A DNA stretch of 64,000 bases from a virus: IMG/VR virus record IMGVR_UViG_3300022743_000002, positions 1-64,000 of that record. The stretch is one strand, 5' to 3'. A model generated the notes under the pieces. The model did not search any database and had not been told where the DNA came from. It saw only the letters and a program-made list of their open reading frames with translations. This document shows, one piece after another, positions 53,675 through 62,728 of this stretch (its first letter is position 1; each line of letters starts with the position of its first letter). Made by a program: the position numbers and the translations under genes.

Positions 53675-54124
53675 CTATTTTGATGCGCTCCGAGGAACCG
53701 GTCGCCATTCTTGAATAATCTTTTTTGCGGCATCCGGACTATTGGCGACGCCAGCTATGCCGCCGGCCTTGTGCACCTGGGCGATAAAGTTGAACTGGTC
53801 GTCGCTGGTGCGGCCGCCTTTGGACTTCTTGGTCTCAATAGCCGTGAACACAGCGCAGGTTGCGCCAACCATGTCCTCGGTAATCAACACCGGCGTCCAC
53901 CCAATAAGGTCGCTGGTACCATTCACTGGATCGCCATTCGTGCGGGAGAACCCAAGCGCGATAGGTCTGGCCGCCAGCAGGTGAGCGCTACCGTCAGTGA
54001 GTTTGCGCACGCCAGCCGGGCCCATGCCAGACAACCAGGCGCGCCCGGTGTTCACACGGAACAGGATCGTGGTCGACGCCACGGCCGCCCACACCAATCG
54101 CTGGACGCTGGACTCAGCCGCCAT
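53675..54124 (-). CDS. VRR-NUC family nuclease
   Basis: LFRVNTG, GTSDLIG, AIETK, Q.NFI..V..AGGIAG. Confidence 0.82.
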   Translation of the reverse strand: MAAESSVQRLVWAAVASTTILFRVNTGRAWLSGMGPAGVRKLTDGSAHLLAARPIALGFSRTNGDPVNGTSDLIGWTPVLITEDMVGATCAVFTAIETKKSKGGRTSDDQFNFIAQVHKAGGIAGVANSPDAAKKIIQEWRPVPRSASK

Positions 54125-54620
54125 GCTGAGTCCCATCAAGCGGGCTAAATGTCTCGTCGTTGGAGTCAATGCTGAGCCCGGCTCTCGCCTGCAGCATCGA
54201 CACCTCGGTATAGTGCCGTGGCGCCTTATCAGCGTGACGATCAAGTATCTCGCCAGCCTTCGCATTCAGATGGGCATAAAACTCCCGTGAGCGCGGAGGC
54301 CGGTCGTCGGTGATCATGCCCTGGATCATTGCGTCACGCAGTACCACCAAAGACGCGATGGCCTTGGTGATGTGGTGCAAGCCAGAATCAGGATCAATGT
54401 CGACCCCCTCCCACCAGTCCATGAGGTGGCGCATGGTGGCGTCGTAGTAGACGGACGATTGGACGCCCACAACTCGGTAGTTGTGGCGACCGTATTTTGC
54501 CGCTCCCTCCAACATCGCCACACCGACCTCCGCAAGTACAGCGGCCGACACGGTAGACATAGGGGCTTTGCGGATACCTATGGAATCCTTTGGGTTTGAT
54601 GGCTTAATCATTTCAATCAA
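54114..54620 (-). CDS. dATP/dGTP diphosphohydrolase domain protein (DUF5664-like)
   Basis: NPKD..G..K, GAAKYGRHNYR, RHL..WWEG.D.DPDSGLHH. Confidence 0.8.
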   Translation of the reverse strand: MIEMIKPSNPKDSIGIRKAPMSTVSAAVLAEVGVAMLEGAAKYGRHNYRVVGVQSSVYYDATMRHLMDWWEGVDIDPDSGLHHITKAIASLVVLRDAMIQGMITDDRPPRSREFYAHLNAKAGEILDRHADKAPRHYTEVSMLQARAGLSIDSNDETFSPLDGTQHGG

Positions 54621-55076
54621 TCAGAACGGTATCTCGTCGTCTTCGGGTACATTGCGCTGTGCGGGTGCCTGGCGCTGTGCCGGCGCCTGTTGGCGTTGCT
54701 GTGCCGGTGCCCCCGCCTGCCGCTGGGCTTGCCCATCCCCGGCGCTGCCAAGCAGCTGCATGCGGTCGCCCTTGATTTCTGTGATTTGCTTCTCGTTGCC
54801 GTCCTTGTCGGTGTACTTGCGAACCGAAAATTCGCCGGTAATCTGCAGCTGGCTTCCCTTTCGGCAATACTCGCCGACGATTTCAGCGGTCTTCCCAAAG
54901 AACGACACCGGCACCCAGGTAGTCACTTCTTTTTTCTCGCCGCTGTTCTTGTCCTTCCAGCTTTTTCCGACGGCGATGCTGATGTTCACGGCGGCGTCAC
55001 CGTTGGGCAGGTAACGCAACTCGGGGTCCCGCCCCAGGCGCCCAATGAAGACGCACATATTCAAATCATTTGCCAC
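54621..55076 (-). CDS. ssb: Single-stranded DNA-binding protein
   Basis: IGRLGRDPELRY; C-terminal DDEIPF. Confidence 0.95.
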   Translation of the reverse strand: MANDLNMCVFIGRLGRDPELRYLPNGDAAVNISIAVGKSWKDKNSGEKKEVTTWVPVSFFGKTAEIVGEYCRKGSQLQITGEFSVRKYTDKDGNEKQITEIKGDRMQLLGSAGDGQAQRQAGAPAQQRQQAPAQRQAPAQRNVPEDDEIPF

Positions 55077-55088
55077 GATGGGCCTTTC

Positions 55089-56762
55089 TTAAAACGCGGC
55101 CTCTTGGCCGCCGGTTGGTGGAAATAGATCACCGCGCATAGGTTCGATGCGGCCATCGGTGTATGCCTGGCGGTGCTGGTCGAACCGCTCTCGCAGCTCC
55201 TTCAGCGCCTTTGGCTTGTATTGCTTGAGGTCGCTCAGGTAGACGCCGAACGTCACCACGGGATCCTGGCCGGTCTTCCGTCGCCAGTCCTGCAGGTCGA
55301 ATATCAGGCTGGTGCGAAGCTCTGCCTTTTCCTCGCGCGCCCTTACGATCGCCTCAGCACGGGTGCGGCTGTAGCCAAGCTGGCGCATCATGTCGTCGAC
55401 GGACTTTGCTGCCGACTGGGCGCTGCGCTGCTGCTGACGCAGTTTGGCTTGCATGTCCTCGGTGACCTGGTGGAGCTCGCCGTCGATGTGCTCGATGCTG
55501 CGGGCGCCAGTTATCGGGTACTCAAACCCGCAGGACGGGCACACCGGCGCCGGCATGTGGGCGACGAAGCACTGCGGGCACTGCTTAATTTCAATCGTCT
55601 CCTCGTCGACCTCCTTGGGCCCCTTCTTCTTCTTTTTGCGGCCGTCGAGCGTCCACTCGCGGACCTCGTTGGGTAGCCCATGCTTGCGCTTGAAGCCGCC
55701 GTCTATCAGTGCGCCCACGTTGCCAACATGGTCCAGCAGATAACAGGTGGTCTTGCCCTGACTGGGCCGCATGACGCGCCCGGCCTGCTGCAGGAATAGT
55801 GCCTCGCTGGCCGTTGGCCGCAGCATGATGCAGCACTCCAGATCAGGCAGGTCGTAGCCCTCGCTGACCAGATCGACCGTGCAGGCGCCATGCAGCAGGC
55901 CATTGCGCAGCTTTTTGTTGACCGCCGTGCGCTCGGCATCGCTCATCTCTGGCGCGCCCACCAGCAGATCGAACAGGTACCCGGCAGCATTGAATTCTGC
56001 GCACACGTGGCGAGCGTGTTCGATGCTGGAGCAGAACACGATGGCGCGAACGCCAGGGCATATCTTGGTGTACTGAGCCACCGCGGATCCAGTGATCTTG
56101 GGCTTGTCGACGGCGGCCGCCAACTGCTTTGCGTTGTAGTCGCCGGCGGCGTCGCGCTTGACGCCCTTGAGATCCGGCACCTCCAGGCTGGTGTAGACAA
56201 TCGGGTTGAGTAGCATTCCGCGCTCGATGAGCTCAGCCACGGATGGGCCCAGCACCATCGCCTTGAACACGCCGCCGGCATGCTCACCCAGGCCTTTGCC
56301 GTCGGTGCGCACCGGTGTTGCGGTGACGCCAAGCATGGGCGGCTTGCCGAGTAGATCGTAGGCGCGGCCCCACTTGTTGCCGTCGACCACGTGGTGGGCC
56401 TCGTCAAAGATGAGTAGGTCAAACTCATAGCTTCGGGTCTTCAGACGAGACAGCAGCGTGTCCACGCTTGCGACCTGCACCAGGGCGCGCGGGTTCGGTG
56501 TGAAGTGCGGGCTAATGAGGCCATGTTCGATGCCAAGTGCCTGCAACGAGGCGGATGCCTGCAGTAGCAACTCCTTGCGGTGCACGATGATGCACACCGA
56601 GCGGCCCTTGTCGGCCGCATTGGACGCGATGTAGCTGAAGGTGTAGGTCTTTCCGCCGCCAGTCGGGAGCACAAAAAGCACTGGGCTATTCTTGGCGCGG
56701 AATTCGGCACGGACCTCGGTGACGGCGACCTGCTGGTAGTCGCGAAGACTGATTTTGCTCAC
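55089..56762 (-). CDS. SF2 DExH helicase with Zn finger
   Basis: LRDYQ, PTGGGKT, DEAHH, TATP, QQAGRVMR, CPQC..CPSC. Confidence 0.92.
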   Translation of the reverse strand: MSKISLRDYQQVAVTEVRAEFRAKNSPVLFVLPTGGGKTYTFSYIASNAADKGRSVCIIVHRKELLLQASASLQALGIEHGLISPHFTPNPRALVQVASVDTLLSRLKTRSYEFDLLIFDEAHHVVDGNKWGRAYDLLGKPPMLGVTATPVRTDGKGLGEHAGGVFKAMVLGPSVAELIERGMLLNPIVYTSLEVPDLKGVKRDAAGDYNAKQLAAAVDKPKITGSAVAQYTKICPGVRAIVFCSSIEHARHVCAEFNAAGYLFDLLVGAPEMSDAERTAVNKKLRNGLLHGACTVDLVSEGYDLPDLECCIMLRPTASEALFLQQAGRVMRPSQGKTTCYLLDHVGNVGALIDGGFKRKHGLPNEVREWTLDGRKKKKKGPKEVDEETIEIKQCPQCFVAHMPAPVCPSCGFEYPITGARSIEHIDGELHQVTEDMQAKLRQQQRSAQSAAKSVDDMMRQLGYSRTRAEAIVRAREEKAELRTSLIFDLQDWRRKTGQDPVVTFGVYLSDLKQYKPKALKELRERFDQHRQAYTDGRIEPMRGDLFPPTGGQEAAF

Positions 56763-58561
56763 AGTGCCGCCAGTCTACGCAGCTCGGCGTCAATACGGCA
56801 GCCAATCCAGCGCACGTTTGGCACGGCCCAGCTGTTGCCCAAGGCCTTGTAGCGGGGACCGTCCGGGCAATCCTGTGTGGTTGGTTCGCGCAAACCCCGA
56901 CCGGTGGTTTCAATCAACCACTCCTCAAAGCTTTTGCCGCCGCTCATGGCGCCTTTGCGCTTTGCGTAGACTTGGTACGCTTTCCACGGGATAGCTGTGT
57001 AGTTGTCAGGAAACCCCTGCAGTCGCTCGCACTCGACGGGCGTGAGGCGGCGGACTTGCATGCCCACCAGTGCACCGTTGTGCCGTCGCGGCCCGTTGTT
57101 GGCATCGAGCGTCGCGTGGGTGTCACCAACGCGGACGCCCGACTGGCTGGACTGAAACGCAACCGCCGTCGGGTTCTTCGCCCCCATGCTCGGAGCAATA
57201 TCCTCCGCGCTGGCGCATTGAGTGCCGGAGAGGTTTGCCGGGAATGCAATCGCAGGCGAATGCGCCCCAGCCGCAAGCGGGTGGCATGGGTCACCGGGTT
57301 GTGGGTTGCTGCGATTTTGTGGGCTTGTCACCTGCGTAGTGTCGAAGACGATAGCTGGTGGCGGGCTGTTTGCATCCAGACTGGCGGTGTAGTTTTCGTA
57401 GAACTTCCCGGCTTGGTTGCTCTGGGTGTTGTGCAGTTTAGTGGAATAGGCCACCGGCACCGCAATCGCATGAACGTCATGGCCGTGCATCGCGTTCAAA
57501 GTGAAGGACGGGCCATCAGCCTGGGCGACGGCGTTGCCTTTGCTGCCCTGCATGTTGACCATGGCCACCGGCACCAGCGGCGTCCCCCGCCCCGTGCCGT
57601 CCTCGCTGACGTCAAAGCCTTCGCCGCGCAAGGAGTGACTCACCGGCTGCACCAGGAAGGTCTCACTCTCAAAGTCCATCCTGCCGCTGGCGCTGGCGCA
57701 TGCGTTTCTGGCAGTCGCTACGTCGATGGGGCCGGCTGTGTTGTTGCCGCCGTAGGCCATCACCGCTACCGCAAGTTGGTTTCTGATCGGCCCATCCTTG
57801 GCTCGCGTGTCCAGTGTCGGGCTTAGATCTGTGAAGCGACCGCCTCCAGGGCCAATTTCAACGCCTCCGGCAACGCCTTGCCGCGCTTGTCGGCTCGGCG
57901 CAGTATCCCGGCGCACGCCGTCGAACTCAAAAAGAACCTTGACGGGATCGAACCCGTCTCTAGCACTTGCGACAACGAACACACGGCGGCGTCGTTGGGC
58001 CACTCCGAAGTATTGGGCGTCGAGTACCCGCCACGCGACTGTTCGCGCGGGTCCATGCACAGTACCCGCGTTTGTCCACCTGCCCCCTGGCGGGACCAGC
58101 GGATCATCTTCGCCGGCAAGTCCTGCCAGAAAGCATCCAAAGGCGTTGTCTTTAGTGCTGAGGACTCCGGGTACGTTTTCCCAGAAGATGGTGGCGGGCT
58201 GCTCTCCGCGAACAAGTCGTGCTGCATCAATTTCATTGGCAATCTCGCAAAAAATGAGTGAAAGATTTCCGCGCGCGTCATCCAGGGACTTGCGCAGACC
58301 CGCTACCGAAAACGCTTGGCACGGCGTGCCACCGCAAAACACATCAGGCGCCACGACTTCGCCGGAGCGAATACGCTCTGGCAGCTTGGTCATATCGCCC
58401 AGGTTAGGAACGTCAGGGTAGTGGTGCGCCAGGACGGCGCAGGGAAACGGCTCAATCTCAGAAAGCCAAGCTGCGCGCCATCCCAAAGGATGCCAAGCAA
58501 CCGATGCGGCCTCAATGCCACTACATACAGACCCGAAGGTAATTTGGTTCATAAAAAACAC
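56759..58561 (-). CDS. DNA (cytosine-5) methyltransferase, alpha-type subunit
   Basis: SVCSGIE, GGTPCQ, WENVPG, QRRRRVF, RRLTP.ECERLQGFP, YKALGNS. Confidence 0.92.
   Translation of the reverse strand: MFFMNQITFGSVCSGIEAASVAWHPLGWRAAWLSEIEPFPCAVLAHHYPDVPNLGDMTKLPERIRSGEVVAPDVFCGGTPCQAFSVAGLRKSLDDARGNLSLIFCEIANEIDAARLVRGEQPATIFWENVPGVLSTKDNAFGCFLAGLAGEDDPLVPPGGRWTNAGTVHGPARTVAWRVLDAQYFGVAQRRRRVFVVASARDGFDPVKVLFEFDGVRRDTAPSRQARQGVAGGVEIGPGGGRFTDLSPTLDTRAKDGPIRNQLAVAVMAYGGNNTAGPIDVATARNACASASGRMDFESETFLVQPVSHSLRGEGFDVSEDGTGRGTPLVPVAMVNMQGSKGNAVAQADGPSFTLNAMHGHDVHAIAVPVAYSTKLHNTQSNQAGKFYENYTASLDANSPPPAIVFDTTQVTSPQNRSNPQPGDPCHPLAAGAHSPAIAFPANLSGTQCASAEDIAPSMGAKNPTAVAFQSSQSGVRVGDTHATLDANNGPRRHNGALVGMQVRRLTPVECERLQGFPDNYTAIPWKAYQVYAKRKGAMSGGKSFEEWLIETTGRGLREPTTQDCPDGPRYKALGNSWAVPNVRWIGCRIDAELRRLAAL
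57823..58236 (-). CDS. Nested alternate-frame methyltransferase beta subunit (M.EcoHK31I-beta-like)
   Basis: SLSQVLE..IPSRFFLS..ACAGILRRA..RGK.LP..L..AL in a second frame inside the MTase gene; start uncertain (58281/58236/58227). Confidence 0.7.
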   Translation of the reverse strand: MKLMQHDLFAESSPPPSSGKTYPESSALKTTPLDAFWQDLPAKMIRWSRQGAGGQTRVLCMDPREQSRGGYSTPNTSEWPNDAAVCSLSQVLETGSIPSRFFLSSTACAGILRRADKRGKALPEALKLALEAVASQI

Positions 58562-58597
58562 GCCTCAAGTAATCACGGCGCGCCTCAAAAATTAGAT

Positions 58598-58819
58598 TCA
58601 ACGTGTGACGGGCGGCTGCGCTTCACGCTGCGCAACGATTTCCTCCATCCTGGTGACGATGGCGATCGTCTTGGGTGTGCTCTTTTTCCAGCGGTCTGGA
58701 GTTGCGCGCGAAATGCCAGCTTCCTTGCAGATGCTGGTGAAATTCAACCCGGCGGCCTTAGCGCGCGCCTCAATGTCGGCGATCCGGCGCTTAAAGGTGT
58801 CGGTGAAAGTTGTGATCAT
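58598..58819 (-). CDS. Cro-like HTH regulator
   Basis: LNFTSICKEAGISRATPDRWK; first gene of the leftward replication operon. Confidence 0.7.
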   Translation of the reverse strand: MITTFTDTFKRRIADIEARAKAAGLNFTSICKEAGISRATPDRWKKSTPKTIAIVTRMEEIVAQREAQPPVTR

Positions 58820-58971
58820 GATGGCCCTAATCAAAAAAGTAATTTCGCGAAGTGTACCGTATTTAATCAATGTCGCCAACGTTTTGTGATGACTTGCGGA
58901 GACGATCCGTGACTTCTTGCGCCAAAACCATGAACAACGCAGTATTGCAGGGACTTTTTGTGCTCATGTTG

Positions 58972-59000
58972 TTGTCGATTGATCAAATTTGATTCATAAT
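58972..59000 (+). promoter_or_regulatory. Candidate sigma70 promoter with a palindrome in the spacer
   Basis: TTGTCG-N17-CATAAT containing ATCAAATTTGAT. Confidence 0.55.
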
Positions 59001-59036
59001 TCGACTGCGTAATCATTTTTAACCACGAAAGACCCT

Positions 59037-59912
59037 ATGAACTCAGCTGCTCACTTATTGACGCCCGACGCAGACGGCGTACTGGCGCCGCCACACCCCC
59101 TGGGGCTGGTGGAATGCACCAATGCCCAGTACCACAGCGGCCCAGGCGTATCTAAATCGCACCTTGATGCCATCGCGAACGTCAGTCCGCTGCACTACTA
59201 CGCCAAGTATCTGGATCCAAACCGCGTGCGTGCCGAGCCCACGGCCGCCATGATCATGGGTAGCGCCGTGCATAGCGCCGTGCTGGAGCCCGACTTGTTT
59301 CCATCCGAATACGTCATGGCGCCCCAAGGCATCAATCGCCGAACTAACGCCGGCAAGGAGGAGTACGCGGCTTTCGAGAAGGCCAACGCCAACAAGACCG
59401 TGCTGGACCCGGAAGACTTCGCAACTTGCTTGGCCATCCGCGACGCCGTGTATCGCCACCCCGTTGCAGGCGGCCTGCTAACTGGCGGCCGGGCCGAGCA
59501 GTCGTTCTATGCGATCGACAAGGAAACAGGCGAGCTCATGAAGTGCCGAACCGACTACATGCACGACAGTGGCGCAATGATTGTGGACTTGAAGACAACG
59601 GACGACGCCAGCCCGGACGGATTCGGCAAGTCGGCCGCCAATTTCCGCTACCCAGTTCAAACTGCCTGGTACAACGGCGTGCTGGACGCAGCTTTCGGCG
59701 AGCATCCTGCTGACTGGGTTTTCCTGGCTGTTGAGAAGAAGCCGCCCTACGCCGTCGGGATTTACTTCATGGAGCCTGACGTCGTGGCTCGCGCAAATAT
59801 CGCGGCGCGCCGCGACTTCATGCGGATCGTTGAGGCCAAGCGCAGCGGGCATTGGCCGGACTACGGCGTTACCCCCCTGCCGCTGGCCTTGCCGGCCTGG
59901 AGCAAGCTGTGA
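59037..59912 (+). CDS. RecE/exonuclease VIII-like PD-(D/E)xK nuclease
   Basis: YH..GVSKSHL, GSAVH..VLEP, KCRTD..VDLKT, Y.VQ.AWY. Confidence 0.88.
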   Translation: MNSAAHLLTPDADGVLAPPHPLGLVECTNAQYHSGPGVSKSHLDAIANVSPLHYYAKYLDPNRVRAEPTAAMIMGSAVHSAVLEPDLFPSEYVMAPQGINRRTNAGKEEYAAFEKANANKTVLDPEDFATCLAIRDAVYRHPVAGGLLTGGRAEQSFYAIDKETGELMKCRTDYMHDSGAMIVDLKTTDDASPDGFGKSAANFRYPVQTAWYNGVLDAAFGEHPADWVFLAVEKKPPYAVGIYFMEPDVVARANIAARRDFMRIVEAKRSGHWPDYGVTPLPLALPAWSKL

Positions 59913-60547
59913 GCGCCGTCGTGTCCATGATGGTGGGCGGCCACGAGCGCGTCGCCTACACCGTCGAGCATCGTGGTAACTGCGTGCTGATCCACGGCGA
60001 CGTGCCGGCAAGCGCGTTTGCTGTCCTGTCGCAACTTGCCTCACCGGAGGCAGTGATGGACCCTGACGTCGCCCGTATGTACGGCGTTACATTTGCAATG
60101 GGGATGCCGGACGACCTCGAAGCACTGCGATCTGCCGGCGTGCCTGCTGCAGAGCAACACATACGCGCCAGCGCTCCAGGCCTGAGCGAGGATGCCGTGC
60201 ACTGGCTTGCCGGTGGCGAGCGCGGCATGAGCAGCGAGGCCATATTCACCTTCCTGACGGGCATCGACTGCACCGGCAGGATCCGCCTTCACGATCTTCC
60301 GCGCAGCTACGACCACCCTTACGACCCCGGGGATTTCAGGCGCTGCCGACTGCTGCTTGAGCAGGTTCCTGAACTGGTACCGCTATTCCCAAGGATGGCC
60401 GGTGCGTCACCCCAGTGGTCTGCGCTGGTGCACGCATGGCCCGCGATTTGCGCCACCATGGATGCCGAGTGTCCAAGCTGGCGCGGCGCCAGCGAACAGT
60501 ACGCACACCAAACATACGAACTCATCAAGAAGGCCATTGGCCGCTAA
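59909..60547 (+). CDS. Conserved phage hypothetical protein
   Basis: GTGA coupling; WL..GERGMSS..HPYDPGDFRRC. Confidence 0.75.
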   Translation: MSAVVSMMVGGHERVAYTVEHRGNCVLIHGDVPASAFAVLSQLASPEAVMDPDVARMYGVTFAMGMPDDLEALRSAGVPAAEQHIRASAPGLSEDAVHWLAGGERGMSSEAIFTFLTGIDCTGRIRLHDLPRSYDHPYDPGDFRRCRLLLEQVPELVPLFPRMAGASPQWSALVHAWPAICATMDAECPSWRGASEQYAHQTYELIKKAIGR

Positions 60548-60550
60548 GTC

Positions 60551-61843
60551 ATGAAAATCAACCATATTTCCATTTCCAACATCCTCGGCATCACTGAGCT
60601 GGAATTCAGCCCCGAAGGTTTCACCCAGATCAGCGGCCCCAACGGCACCGGCAAGACGTCCGTTCTGGAGGCTATCAAGTCCGTCCTGCAGTCCGGCCAC
60701 GACGCCACCTTGCTGCGCAAAGGCGCCGAAAAGGGCGAAGTTGTGCTGGTCCTGGACGACGGCATGGAGCTCTCAAAGTCCGTGACGGGCTCCGGCAGCA
60801 CCACCAGTGTGCGCCGCGACGGCAAGAAGCTGACGCGCCCCGCTGAAGCCATCAAGGCGCTGACAGATAGCCTCAGCGTCAACCCGGTGGACTTCCTGCT
60901 GGCGCCCAAAAAAGACCGCGTGAAGGCCTTGCTGGAAGCAATGCCGCTGGAAGCCGACACCGCGCACCTGGCCGAGATTGCCGGGTTCCCGGTGAAGGCT
61001 CAGCCCGGCCTGCACGCCCTGCACGTAATCAGCATGGTGCACCAGCAGGTGTACGACGAGCGCACCGGAACCAACCGTGCCGTGAAGGAGAAGACCGCCA
61101 CCATCAACCAGCTGGAGGCAGCGGTACCGCCGGCGCCCCAGGGCGTGGAGGGAAGCGAGTCCGATCTGATGGCAGCAGTCACCGCCGCCGAGACAGCGCG
61201 CACCACCACACTAACCAAGATCCAGACCAAGTTGGACGGCCTGCGCACCGACGCACAGGCCAAGATCGATGCCATCAAGGCCCAAGCCCAAGCGGATATT
61301 GATGCCGTGCGCGCCGAGTTGTCGGAGAGCGAGGGCAAAGCCCAGGCCGCACGCGACAAAGCTGTCACCGCATGCACCAGCGCCACTCAGCCACTGCACT
61401 CCCAGCTCCAGGTCATCCGCAACGACCGCGAGGCCAGCGGCCGGCGCCAGCAGACGTTGGACACCATCGCCACGCTGCGCACCGAGCTGGAGACACTGAC
61501 GGCGGACGCGGCCGCGCAGACCCAGGCACTCGACGCCATCGATGCCTACAAGTCCGAACTACTGTCGAGCCTGCCAATTCCTGGCCTGGAGGTGCGCGAC
61601 GGCGAGATATTCCGCAACGACGTGCCGTTCGATCGCCTAAATACAAGCCAGCAGGTCGAGGTAGCCGTGGAGATAGCTAAACTTCGCGCCGCGGATCTGG
61701 GAGTGATTTGCGTCGATCGGATCGAGTGTCTCGACAGCGCAAGCCTTGAAGCCTTCAAAGCCGCTGCGATCGCAAGCGACCTGCAGTTGTTTGTAACCCG
61801 CGTCGCCGACGACGGATTCTCAATCGAAACAACAAATAAATAG
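60551..61843 (+). CDS. SMC/RecF-like ABC ATPase with coiled coil
   Basis: GPNGTGKTS, central coiled coil, LNTSQ signature, ICVDRIE. Confidence 0.85.
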   Translation: MKINHISISNILGITELEFSPEGFTQISGPNGTGKTSVLEAIKSVLQSGHDATLLRKGAEKGEVVLVLDDGMELSKSVTGSGSTTSVRRDGKKLTRPAEAIKALTDSLSVNPVDFLLAPKKDRVKALLEAMPLEADTAHLAEIAGFPVKAQPGLHALHVISMVHQQVYDERTGTNRAVKEKTATINQLEAAVPPAPQGVEGSESDLMAAVTAAETARTTTLTKIQTKLDGLRTDAQAKIDAIKAQAQADIDAVRAELSESEGKAQAARDKAVTACTSATQPLHSQLQVIRNDREASGRRQQTLDTIATLRTELETLTADAAAQTQALDAIDAYKSELLSSLPIPGLEVRDGEIFRNDVPFDRLNTSQQVEVAVEIAKLRAADLGVICVDRIECLDSASLEAFKAAAIASDLQLFVTRVADDGFSIETTNK

Positions 61844-61903
61844 CCAAATTTGAGCACGGTCAACAAATACTCAAATATAATCAAGTCTCATTTTGGAGAA
61901 CCC

Positions 61904-62446
61904 ATGAAAACCTTCATTCAAATCGCGATACCGTCCGGGCACGTCTACGAAATCCCGGTGGCGGCGGTCGCAAACAACCGTGCCGCGTACTACCACGCAT
62001 CTCACTCCGACGAGTTCCCGACGCTGGAGTCTGCAATGGAGGACACCATCGAGGTATTCAAAGATGACCTCTACAACATCAAAGACTGGGCATCAGGCAA
62101 TATGAATTGGGAGGACCTGGAGCCCCACGCCCGCCTGATCCGCTTCACGCCAGCCGATACGCCATGGCACGAAGGCGAGTGGACCTATCACGACCACCGG
62201 GCGATGGTCGGAGAGCTGGATGGCGCGATGATCATGCAGTCGCCCGTGGAATTCGTCGCGCAAACGATGATGGAGTCGCACCAGCTCTGCAACGTTACCG
62301 TACTGAATACCCAAGACGGTAGTCCGTTTGGCGCGGTGGTTGTGATCATGGGGACCTCACAGGTTGTCGACGCCTTCATTGCCACAATCAAATACACCGC
62401 CGAGCAGATCACCGGAGGATATTTGCCTCCAGAAGCAACTCACTAA
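61904..62446 (+). CDS. Hypothetical protein
   Basis: GGAG RBS before ATG 61904. Confidence 0.75.
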   Translation: MKTFIQIAIPSGHVYEIPVAAVANNRAAYYHASHSDEFPTLESAMEDTIEVFKDDLYNIKDWASGNMNWEDLEPHARLIRFTPADTPWHEGEWTYHDHRAMVGELDGAMIMQSPVEFVAQTMMESHQLCNVTVLNTQDGSPFGAVVVIMGTSQVVDAFIATIKYTAEQITGGYLPPEATH

Positions 62447-62722
62447 CCCTCAACTCTGAAAGTAACTATGCAACGATCACAACCATTCGCCCGTGCTAGC
62501 GCAATGATGACACTTGTCGCAGCATCTATGTCGCTGAGCAGCGAGGGCCTGCGACAGGCCGCGCTGGCTGAAATCCCGCCCTACGAGTCCCGCGGCAAGG
62601 GCAAGGCGGAAACCGTAGTGCAGCCGGTGCGCAGATGGCTGGAATCCGTGCGGCTCGCAAGTCCCGCAACGTGCGTCGCCACCGCGCGGCATGCCGCGGC
62701 TAATAACCCTCAACTCTGAAAG
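62444..62722 (+). repeat. 19 bp direct repeats (TAACCCTCAACTCTGAAAG) at 62444-62462 and 62704-62722
   Basis: Exact match read from the sequence. Confidence 0.9.
62468..62719 (+). CDS. Small hypothetical protein, possibly frameshifted near 62603
   Basis: An alternate frame gives an Arg-rich C-terminus ending in TAA TAA at the second repeat. Confidence 0.5.
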   Translation: MQRSQPFARASAMMTLVAASMSLSSEGLRQAALAEIPPYESRGKGKAETVVQPVRRWLESVRLASPATCVATARHAAANNPQL

Positions 62723-62728
62723 ACTGAC

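Noticed and set aside
54114-54620. dNTP diphosphohydrolase suggesting a modified-base (e.g. Z) genome
   Set aside because: No PurZ, base-modification enzymes or DNA polymerase in the window
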